NCBI RefSeq assembly: GCF_000012465.1
Contig: NC_007335.2
Span: 870,001-902,000, forward strand
Source: Prochlorococcus marinus str. NATL2A
GTDB lineage: Bacteria; Cyanobacteriota; Cyanobacteriia; PCC-6307; Cyanobiaceae
Direction of reading: 5' to 3'
DNA: 32,000 nucleotides
Below, one piece after another: positions 19,850-26,559 of the stretch (its first letter is position 1; each line of letters begins with the position of its first letter). The notes under the pieces are model-generated. The model did not search any database. It was given only the letters and a program-made list of their open reading frames with translations, and was not told the origin of the DNA. A program made the position numbers and the translations under genes.

Positions 19850-20452
19850 AACGTATAACTTATCAGACCATCCTGAAATCCATTTCTCATCTGAATTTGT
19901 AAATGATCTCTTTGACCAGCCTCCAACTATAGTTAGGCCCCTATTAGAGAGAGGATAAACAATCACTGCAGGTAAATCAGTTAAAACGTCATCAAATTCT
20001 TCTCTCCCTGGAAATAACTTTGTATTTACTAACGAAATAAGTCTTTTTTGATCAATAGCTCTATTACATATTTCTCCAGGTTTAAATTTATTATTTGATA
20101 TTATGCCTCTTCTAAGTATAACTCTATTATCCCAATATATTAATATTGTACTTGCCGCTGTTGCAGTTAGTATTTGCTTGCTTCCCCATGCTAATTCATT
20201 TCTTTGATCTTCTGATAATTCATTGCAAAGTTCAAAACCTTCATTTCCATTCAACTTTACTTTTGAAGGTTGTTTAGGATTAATTTCGGTCCAGAGATAT
20301 CCTATAGTTATTAATGCTATAGAAGAAATTCCAGATATAGTCTCTGCTCTAACTAGGCTTGGATTTACTTGATTAGTAGTAACAATGTTTATAATTGATA
20401 AAATTAATAGAAAAGCTCCAAATATAATAACTAAGCTTGAAATTTTATACAT
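19835..20452 (-). CDS. Conserved-looking membrane protein; possibly the CCB2/CCB4 (DUF2930) family involved in cytochrome b6 haem attachment
   Basis: At 205 aa it has two N-terminal hydrophobic helices followed by a soluble domain. The family assignment comes from memory of the overall architecture only and is weak. It overlaps the convergent lipoprotein gene by 15 nt. Confidence 0.5.
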   Translation of the reverse strand: MYKISSLVIIFGAFLLILSIINIVTTNQVNPSLVRAETISGISSIALITIGYLWTEINPKQPSKVKLNGNEGFELCNELSEDQRNELAWGSKQILTATAASTILIYWDNRVILRRGIISNNKFKPGEICNRAIDQKRLISLVNTKLFPGREEFDDVLTDLPAVIVYPLSNRGLTIVGGWSKRSFTNSDEKWISGWSDKLYVLLSK

Positions 20453-20585
20453 TTATAAGTTCTAAAAAATTAAAAAACTAGATATATTGAATATGTATTA
20501 TACATTTCGATGTCAACTTTAATTTTTGGCTTTATCGATATAATATAAAAAAACACTATTAATAGATAATCCAATTGCTCAACAT

Positions 20586-21143
20586 ATGATTACACCATTA
20601 GAAAAAAACTATAAAGGACTTATATCAATTACAGGACCGACAAGAAGTGGAAAAAGTCAATTGGCAGAATTTTTAATCAAGAAACAACAATCCGTCACTT
20701 ATATAGCAACATCAAAACCAAGACCAAATGATCCAGATTGGCAACAAAGGATTGACCTCCACAAGAAGAGAAGACCTGATCGATGGAAGTTAATTGAGCA
20801 TCCTAAGGATATCTGCAAAGCAATTGAATCGATCAGTAAAAATGGATCAATATTAATAGATTCAATAGGTGGCTTAGTAGAGCATCACCTAGGAGATGAC
20901 GATACTCAATGGGAAATATTCCAAGATAAATTACTTAATTGTTTTACAGATGATAATTTGCTAATTGTTTTTGTTTCAGAGGAGGTTGGTTGGGGAATTG
21001 TTCCTGCAACACCAATAGGCCATTTATTTCGTGAACGTCATAGCACGTTAACCTCATTGCTTAGCTGTCGTTCAAAAAAAAGGTTGCTTGCTATCAATGG
21101 GATTGCAATTGATTTAGATCAAATTGGCGACCTCATACCATGA
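20586..21143 (+). CDS. cobU: Adenosylcobinamide kinase / adenosylcobinamide-phosphate guanylyltransferase
   Basis: It has the P-loop ITGPTRSGKSQLAE, then VTYIATS and a C-terminal NEVGWGIVP-like segment (SEEVGWGIVPATP...RERHS), which is typical of CobU/CobP. Confidence 0.85.
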   Translation: MITPLEKNYKGLISITGPTRSGKSQLAEFLIKKQQSVTYIATSKPRPNDPDWQQRIDLHKKRRPDRWKLIEHPKDICKAIESISKNGSILIDSIGGLVEHHLGDDDTQWEIFQDKLLNCFTDDNLLIVFVSEEVGWGIVPATPIGHLFRERHSTLTSLLSCRSKKRLLAINGIAIDLDQIGDLIP

Positions 21144-21640
21144 ATTCATTTAATCGTACAAGACCTCGTGTCGCATTATTTGAACCAAGAATTCCACAAA
21201 ATACTGGAACAATTGGTAGAACATGCTTAGCCTTTAATATGTCATTAGATATTATTAAGCCAACTGGGTTTAGCTTCGAAGATAAATATTTAAAAAGAGC
21301 AGGTTTAGATTATTGGCCTCACGTAGATGTACATTTATATGAATCGTTTGAACAATATAAAAATTCATTTAAAAACTCAAGAATTATAGCTCTTACAAAA
21401 AAAAGTAATAATTTAATTTCAAATATTATTTATAAAGATACAGATATACTATTATTTGGACGAGAGGATACAGGTTTGCCCGAAAGCATAATTAATAAGT
21501 GTGAAATTGTTGCAGGAATACCTATGCCAGGAGGTGAGAATCAATTAAAGACAGGAGGAGTTAGAAGTTTGAATTTATCCGTTGCAAGTGGGATAGTTTG
21601 TTATTCTGCATGTTTACAATTAAACTTATTAAGCAAGTAG
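21140..21640 (+). CDS. trmL: tRNA (cytidine/uridine-2'-O-)-methyltransferase TrmL (SpoU/TrmH family)
   Basis: VALFEPRIPQNTGTIGRTCLAF...IIKPTGF...LKRAGLDYW...LLFGREDTGLP matches the TrmL (YibK) pattern. There is a 4-nt ATGA overlap with cobU. Confidence 0.85.
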   Translation: MNSFNRTRPRVALFEPRIPQNTGTIGRTCLAFNMSLDIIKPTGFSFEDKYLKRAGLDYWPHVDVHLYESFEQYKNSFKNSRIIALTKKSNNLISNIIYKDTDILLFGREDTGLPESIINKCEIVAGIPMPGGENQLKTGGVRSLNLSVASGIVCYSACLQLNLLSK

Positions 21641-21647
21641 AAAGTCA

Positions 21648-21833
21648 TTATCCAAGATAATTACAATATAAAACCCCATCATTTATTACATTATCATCAT
21701 CAACCTCTAACCATTCTTTGTATTCATCATACAGAGCTTCCCTGTTTTCACCATTCAAATTATTCAATCGTTTAAGTGATGCGTTTAGCATCACTTCTAC
21801 TGCGTTTAAAGCTCCAGATTGCCTAGCAGACAT
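21648..21833 (-). CDS. Hypothetical 61-aa protein, paralogue of the ORF at 22078..22257
   Basis: This ORF is on the track. It shares the core xxEVxxNxxLKRxxxLxGxxxxALxxExKEWxxxxxxxxxxxxVLYxN with the divergent neighbour. Confidence 0.6.
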   Translation of the reverse strand: MSARQSGALNAVEVMLNASLKRLNNLNGENREALYDEYKEWLEVDDDNVINDGVLYCNYLG

Positions 21834-22077
21834 AGAATAAATGAAGATTTAAATTAAATATTAGATCATGTAATACTTTTTTTCAGTTTCATTTATTACA
21901 GAATTCAGAATTTGACTAGTTTACGTAAAAAAATTTCTAAATAATTGAACAAATTTTGATTAATGTAGATGTATACATATAATGAGATTCATTTCATAGA
22001 GGTTTTAACTTATACGGGATTTACTAATTAACAGATGCTAGTAGAGATAATAGTATAAATTTAACTCATTAATTTAG

Positions 22078-22257
22078 ATGTCTAACACAAACATTCTAGG
22101 AAGTTGTGAAGTCACAATTAACTCTGCACTTAAGAGAATTTCTCAACTCGAAGGCAAAGACAAACAAGCTCTAAAGAGTGAGTTTAAAGAGTGGATAAAT
22201 GCAATTGAAAGTATAGAAAAAAACTATGATGTTCTTTACATAAATAAAATCATTTGA
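22078..22257 (+). CDS. Hypothetical 59-aa protein, paralogue of the ORF at 21648..21833; not on the supplied ORF track
   Basis: I translated this by hand from the ATG at 22078 to the TGA at 22255-22257: MSNTNILGSCEVTINSALKRISQLEGKDKQALKSEFKEWINAIESIEKNYDVLYINKII. It aligns with the 61-aa ORF with one 2-aa gap. Confidence 0.6.
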   Translation: MSNTNILGSCEVTINSALKRISQLEGKDKQALKSEFKEWINAIESIEKNYDVLYINKII

Positions 22258-22261
22258 TCAT

Positions 22262-22468
22262 TTATGCACGAGGATGTAAATCTGGATATCTACTGTTTTC
22301 GTCTTTTATTCTATTTGGATTTTCACGATCTGAACTTCTGGCAGCGTTAAAAATAACTAAAAAAGGTATGAATATTGCGAAGAAATAAAAATGCAAGAGG
22401 ACTAAATCCCATGGAGCACCTGTACTTCCGTAATCTGGAAAAAACAAAGCGGTAGCAAAAGGAAGCAT
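22262..22468 (-). CDS. Hypothetical 68-aa membrane protein
   Basis: It has one strong hydrophobic helix (WDLVLLHFYFFAIFIPFLVIFNAA) and a charged C-terminal tail. It lies 51 nt downstream of a 26-aa ORF on the same strand. Confidence 0.55.
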   Translation of the reverse strand: MLPFATALFFPDYGSTGAPWDLVLLHFYFFAIFIPFLVIFNAARSSDRENPNRIKDENSRYPDLHPRA

Positions 22469-22519
22469 TTTGATCCAATTTCTGATATCAACATAGCCAG
22501 ATTCGCTATCAAGCGTGGG

Positions 22520-22600
22520 TTACTTTTTTGACCAGGACTTAATTAAAAGCTGCAACTCTCTTATGCGTTTCTCTGCTGCTTCAATCTTTTCTGACTTCAT
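22520..22600 (-). CDS. Candidate 26-aa helical micro-protein
   Basis: Hand translation gives MKSEKIEAAEKRIRELQLLIKSWSKK, from the ATG at 22600 to the TAA at 22520-22522. It sits directly upstream of the 68-aa membrane ORF. The only support is the ORF and its position. Confidence 0.3.
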   Translation of the reverse strand: MKSEKIEAAEKRIRELQLLIKSWSKK

Positions 22601-22796
22601 TTTAGAATCTCAAATAAGCAGAACATATCCAAATGAACTGTACTGCGCGGTGTTAATAACCGTAAGAGAGTGATTAAATCCTAATAATTAAACTAAATAT
22701 TTGCTGTATGTAATAAGTTCAAACAACATACTAAAGCTTTGCACAAAAATAATTAACGAACTATATTAAAATCGTAAATATTTAATTCTATAAAGG

Positions 22797-23012
22797 ATGA
22801 AGTACATAACAGAGAGCATAAAAAATATAAAAAACCTTTTACCCTATTTACTGTTAATAGCTATATATTTCTTTTTTGTTAATCTTGAGGCACGGAAGGA
22901 TAACGAAACTATCAGAATAAACGAGAATGAAGTTAAGTTGATAGAAGAAAAATCAAGCGAAAAAAATAAACAACAAAGAATAAAAATCCCAGTTATTCCA
23001 TATAAACAATAA
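22797..23012 (+). CDS. Hypothetical 71-aa single-pass membrane protein
   Basis: It has an N-terminal hydrophobic helix (LLPYLLLIAIYFFFV) followed by a Lys/Glu-rich tail. Confidence 0.45.
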   Translation: MKYITESIKNIKNLLPYLLLIAIYFFFVNLEARKDNETIRINENEVKLIEEKSSEKNKQQRIKIPVIPYKQ

Positions 23013-23013
23013 A

Positions 23014-23127
23014 TTAATACCTAATATTTATTTTAGAAGTCCTTGCTTTAAATAAATTGGCTTGTCTTTGAGCAGCCCTATCTAGCTGTTTTTTAATTTC
23101 TAAGCAGTGCTCGCAGTTGCATGTCAT
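23014..23127 (-). CDS. Candidate 37-aa protein with an N-terminal CxCxxC motif
   Basis: Hand translation gives MTCNCEHCLEIKKQLDRAAQRQANLFKARTSKINIRY. Its stop lies 1 nt from the stop of the convergent 71-aa ORF. Confidence 0.3.
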   Translation of the reverse strand: MTCNCEHCLEIKKQLDRAAQRQANLFKARTSKINIRY

Positions 23128-23327
23128 TTTAGAAAATAAATAAAGAAGGTTTTAAGTGAGAAGGTAAATAAATGAAAAGCGAAAATGATTGAGAAGTTTA
23201 AAACTAACTAATTTTATGATAAATTTAACAAGAAATTAGAAAATTTCAAGTTGATTTTTTGAATAAAAGTAAAGTCTGATATTAGCTTTGTATGTGATTT
23301 AGTTGAATCTAATCCTTAGAGAATGAT

Positions 23328-23462
23328 TTAGTGATCATTGGAACCACGTTCGGCATCAATCGACTTCTCATAATAAAGGTCGAGAGTTGAGTTTAGTTCA
23401 GCTAATAAATATGTTATGCGTTCGTCCTTTTGATTTAAATCTTCTTGATTGATTAGTTTCAT
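23328..23462 (-). CDS. Candidate 44-aa acidic protein
   Basis: Hand translation gives MKLINQEDLNQKDERITYLLAELNSTLDLYYEKSIDAERGSNDH, from the ATG at 23462 to the TAA at 23328-23330. Confidence 0.3.
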   Translation of the reverse strand: MKLINQEDLNQKDERITYLLAELNSTLDLYYEKSIDAERGSNDH

Positions 23463-23736
23463 ATTTATATGAGTAAGTAAGGTACTCAGGAATGATTGGA
23501 ATTAATTTGAAGTACATGATTAGATAAAGCTTCAGATATAATCTGACTTTAAATAACCAGTGTTTTGAAATATTTAGTTAATTATTGGGGATTGAGAACT
23601 GAAGTGTGAATAAAGCTTGTTCGGTTTACAACCAGTCGGATTCTTCAGGATTACCAAATTTTAATAATGAATGTTTATATTTTTAAAAACTCCATTACCA
23701 ATATTTATAAGTGATCTAAAATTAAAAATCTATCAG

Positions 23737-23934
23737 ATGTCAATGAAAAGAAAATTATTTAACATCGATAAAAACACTCCATTTTCACTTATAGGTCTGG
23801 AAAAAAGAGCTGCACTTGCTATTCAGAACCATTTTCGATTGAGCAATTATCAAATGCTAGTACTAAGTTGGATAAAGGGTCTATGGACAGGTATTTTGCT
23901 TTCTCTAGTGGTTCATTATTTTATAAGTCATTAA
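23737..23934 (+). CDS. Hypothetical 65-aa protein with a C-terminal transmembrane helix
   Basis: The track ORF is 23671..23934. I prefer the internal ATG at 23737 (MSMKRKLFNIDKN...) because the upstream 22 codons are low-complexity AT-rich sequence. The C-terminal helix is WIKGLWTGILLSLVVHYFI. Confidence 0.4.
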   Translation: MSMKRKLFNIDKNTPFSLIGLEKRAALAIQNHFRLSNYQMLVLSWIKGLWTGILLSLVVHYFISH

Positions 23935-24077
23935 ACTCATGGATTTTTGCCATTTAATTAAAAATACTAATATATTTCCTTATAAAAAGTTCAACATCTT
24001 GGCAGGTTATAAAGTAGGTTTTCTATAGGAATTAATTCGATGTTCTATTTTTAAAAAGAAGATTATAAATCTTACTT

Positions 24078-24332
24078 TTATTCAGATGTTAACTGAACTT
24101 CCTTTCCCAAAATATTATCGTCTGTATTATCTAAATCATGAATCTCAAAATCATCTGTTAAAAATGTTTTTTTTGATTCAGCTGATTGGCTTTCTAAGGT
24201 TGTAAGATATGTTTTACCTATTTTTCTTTTATTTGTATAATACATACCTTGAATATAATTTTTATTTTCGGTAAATCTCATCAAAAATAATTTTAGATTT
24301 GAATAAGTGAAATTTTTAAAATTCTTAAACAT
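24078..24332 (-). CDS. Hypothetical 84-aa protein
   Basis: Only the ORF supports this call. It has a basic N-terminus and an acidic C-terminus, and I recognised no motif. Confidence 0.4.
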   Translation of the reverse strand: MFKNFKNFTYSNLKLFLMRFTENKNYIQGMYYTNKRKIGKTYLTTLESQSAESKKTFLTDDFEIHDLDNTDDNILGKEVQLTSE

Positions 24333-24772
24333 AAAAAAACTGATATATATTTATTATGGCTAAGCTAATTATTTAAACTGAATGAGATTAGTAGTGCATT
24401 CCGAACTTTTTTGTCTTTCTATACTGTATTTATAAACTACGATAAAATTAAAAAAGCTACAAATCGGTAAATGTTCACGCATATAACGATCATTTTTAAA
24501 TTAACATACTACTTTTATTTGATAGGTAGCAAAAAATACAAATTACCTTATAAGAAATTAATTTTAACTTCTTATGGTTTGTAAAGACATTAATCAAATA
24601 TTAATATCCTAAATATTGCTTGATAATTGGTGTGGTATGAGTCATGTTCAATTTAAATAACAACAAGTAAAAATGATATATAACTCACTCTACTAGTCAA
24701 TAATTGAGAGTAGATAATACCGAACAGTGAAAACACGCATTTATATGTATCTGTTCTTATAGTTGTAAGAAC

Positions 24773-24937
24773 ATGATAGAAACAGTTTTTAAAAATCAAG
24801 TCTTAATGACTTTTGTAATTGCAAGTATTTGGATAATCCCAGGTATACTATTCACATTTGCAACGAATCGCAAATACAAAAATCGACAAATTGAAAGGCA
24901 GATTAAAAAGGTAGCTAAATTATATCCTCAGCAATGA
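24773..24937 (+). CDS. Candidate 54-aa single-pass membrane protein; not on the supplied ORF track
   Basis: Hand translation gives MIETVFKNQVLMTFVIASIWIIPGILFTFATNRKYKNRQIERQIKKVAKLYPQQ. It has a clear 20-residue hydrophobic helix followed by a basic tail. Confidence 0.45.
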   Translation: MIETVFKNQVLMTFVIASIWIIPGILFTFATNRKYKNRQIERQIKKVAKLYPQQ

Positions 24938-24981
24938 TTTAAATGTATCGTAATCCAGCAAATTCTTAGTTGCTTTAAGAT

Positions 24982-25038
24982 TTATTTTTTATTTTTTTCG
25001 TTATTATTTACTGGACGAACAGGCTTAGGTAGAAGCAT
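24982..25038 (-). CDS. Micro-ORF, 18 aa (MLLPKPVRPVNNNEKNKK), copy A
   Basis: I translated this by hand. Its first 10 residues are identical to copy B at 25612..25671, although 6 of those 10 codons differ, all synonymously. It lies 76 nt downstream of the 51-aa ORF on the same strand. Confidence 0.6.
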   Translation of the reverse strand: MLLPKPVRPVNNNEKNKK

Positions 25039-25114
25039 AAGAGAAAAATGTAGCTAATCTTTTTTAACCATGATCGATATAGGAGTCTGCATTTAATGAT
25101 ACGATTTTCTATTT

Positions 25115-25270
25115 TTAGCTTTTAGTTGTCTTTTCTATAACTTTTTGGAGTTCAGCTCTTGAAAGAGTAGCTTCAATTTGAGCCAAAACTTGCTGTAGTT
25201 CGGCAGTTTTATTCAATGACGTCTCAGCCATAGATCTAAGCTTTTGAAGTTCTTTAGAGGCAGTTTTCAT
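25115..25270 (-). CDS. Hypothetical 51-aa helical protein, cassette copy A
   Basis: Hand translation gives MKTASKELQKLRSMAETSLNKTAELQQVLAQIEATLSRAELQKVIEKTTKS. By my manual alignment, about 30 of 51 positions are identical to the 52-aa ORF at 25760..25918. Confidence 0.6.
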   Translation of the reverse strand: MKTASKELQKLRSMAETSLNKTAELQQVLAQIEATLSRAELQKVIEKTTKS

Positions 25271-25521
25271 AGATAAAATGAAAAGATTGATTTTTTCCTA
25301 GAGAAAGTACAGATAATTAGCGAAAAAATTAATAGTGACAACACACGAACAAATTTGCCCTAGATTTTCATGATGTCAATAGATTTGATTGTGAACTGTT
25401 AATAAATCAATGGGTGTATGAATTTTCTATTAAGTTTTTTATTTATATCTATATTTCTGTTTTAAAAAATATAAGGAATATATAACCTTTTACTTAAATT
25501 GATTTATTGAGCATAAAAAAA

Positions 25522-25553
25522 AGAACAAAGGTATTCATTGATACCTATGTTCT
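25522..25553 (-). terminator. Rho-independent terminator-like hairpin downstream of cassette copy B
   Basis: AGAACAAAGGTAT (25522-25534), the loop TCATTG, then ATACCTATGTTCT (25541-25553). This makes a 13-bp stem with one mismatch. It is flanked by an A8 run on the plus strand (25514-25521), which reads as a U-run after the hairpin on the minus strand. It lies 58 nt downstream of the micro-ORF stop. Confidence 0.65.
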
Positions 25554-25611
25554 TTTAATAACAAACAATAAAATAATAATTAAGAATTAATTAATTAAAT
25601 AATGATCTTAG

Positions 25612-25671
25612 CTAGCTGTCTTTACCTTTCTTTTCAGCATCAACAGGTCTAACTGGCTTAGGCAATAGCAT
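25612..25671 (-). CDS. Micro-ORF, 19 aa (MLLPKPVRPVDAEKKGKDS), copy B
   Basis: I translated this by hand. See copy A. It lies 88 nt downstream of the 52-aa ORF and is followed by a terminator hairpin. Confidence 0.6.
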   Translation of the reverse strand: MLLPKPVRPVDAEKKGKDS

Positions 25672-25759
25672 GATAAAAATCCAATCTATATACTTATTTA
25701 TAGGTGGTTTTCAAAATACGTAAATAAGAATTTAAAGTTTGAAACTTCTTGACATAAGC

Positions 25760-25918
25760 CTACCTCCTTTTTAAGGACTTCTCAGTCACCTTTTGCGTTT
25801 CCTTTCTTGAGAGCGTTGCCTCCAATCTCGCTAGCGCTTGTTGTAGTTGAGCAGTTTTATCTGTTGATCCCTCAGCTTTAGAGAGTAGCTTCTGAATTTC
25901 TTGTGATGTATTTATCAT
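25760..25918 (-). CDS. Hypothetical 52-aa helical protein, cassette copy B
   Basis: Hand translation gives MINTSQEIQKLLSKAEGSTDKTAQLQQALARLEATLSRKETQKVTEKSLKRR. It is a paralogue of the ORF at 25115..25270. Confidence 0.6.
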   Translation of the reverse strand: MINTSQEIQKLLSKAEGSTDKTAQLQQALARLEATLSRKETQKVTEKSLKRR

Positions 25919-26054
25919 AACTGAATGAAAATAGCAGTTGAGTCTGCATGTTTGATTAAAATAAAGAAACCAAGACAGTCATTTGCCTACGAAAAGCTAG
26001 GATTTAGAGGATCATTAAAGATTCCATTAATGATTCTTAATGGAGAGAATATCT

Positions 26055-26261
26055 ATGACAGAAGATTGGAAGCCAGTAGATTCTCAAGTCTTAGTAGACG
26101 CATGGGATGAAATTAAGGACTGTGCTGAAGGTATACAAAAAGATTTAGCTTGCCCAGACGAGACTATTTCAAAAATGCTGCGGTCAGTCGCTGAAACATT
26201 TGATAACACTGTCGAAGATATTCTTGATAAGGCTGAAGAGGATTGGGAAGAAGATAAATAG
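26055..26261 (+). CDS. Hypothetical 68-aa highly acidic protein
   Basis: The track ORF is 26040..26261. I prefer the ATG at 26055 because GGAGAG lies 8-13 nt upstream of it. The sequence is MTEDWKPVDSQVLVDAWDEIKDCAEG...AEEDWEEDK. Confidence 0.5.
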   Translation: MTEDWKPVDSQVLVDAWDEIKDCAEGIQKDLACPDETISKMLRSVAETFDNTVEDILDKAEEDWEEDK

Positions 26262-26276
26262 ATGTATTATTGACAT

Positions 26277-26420
26277 ATGAATCCAGATTTCTTTCAATCT
26301 CCTGACCCTCTAACTCATATGGGCCAATGGAAAACGATAATTGGCTTGTTCATAGTTTTATTTGCAACTTTTGTAGGAGTCGAAATTAGGATTGGTAATG
26401 AAGATGAAGAGACAAAATAA
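26277..26420 (+). CDS. Candidate 47-aa single-pass membrane protein; not on the supplied ORF track
   Basis: Hand translation gives MNPDFFQSPDPLTHMGQWKTIIGLFIVLFATFVGVEIRIGNEDEETK. It starts 15 nt after the stop of the acidic ORF. Confidence 0.4.
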   Translation: MNPDFFQSPDPLTHMGQWKTIIGLFIVLFATFVGVEIRIGNEDEETK

Positions 26421-26559
26421 AAGTTAATGTCTCAGTATAATATTTGGCCTTAACAATATATTTAAAGCTTAAATATAAATTTGATTTTTAAAATGTACTA
26501 AATACAATAATTCTATTTTAATATTCATATATTCATAGATTTAAATTTAAATAAATCCT

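Noticed and set aside
19735-19926. Minus-strand 63-aa ORF.
   Set aside because: It overlaps the ends of two better-supported convergent genes (19190..19849 and 19835..20452) in a different frame.
25086-25950. A shared 10-nt string GAGTCTGCAT at about 25084-25093 and about 25942-25951.
   Set aside because: The two copies occupy non-equivalent positions: one lies between the two ORFs of unit A and the other upstream of unit B. A 10-mer recurring once in 32 kb of AT-biased sequence is not clearly beyond chance.
25925-26110. Plus-strand 61-aa ORF (MKIAVESACLIKIKK...).
   Set aside because: It overlaps the better-supported acidic ORF in another frame, has no SD-like sequence, and has an implausible composition. 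The region more likely holds the divergent promoters.
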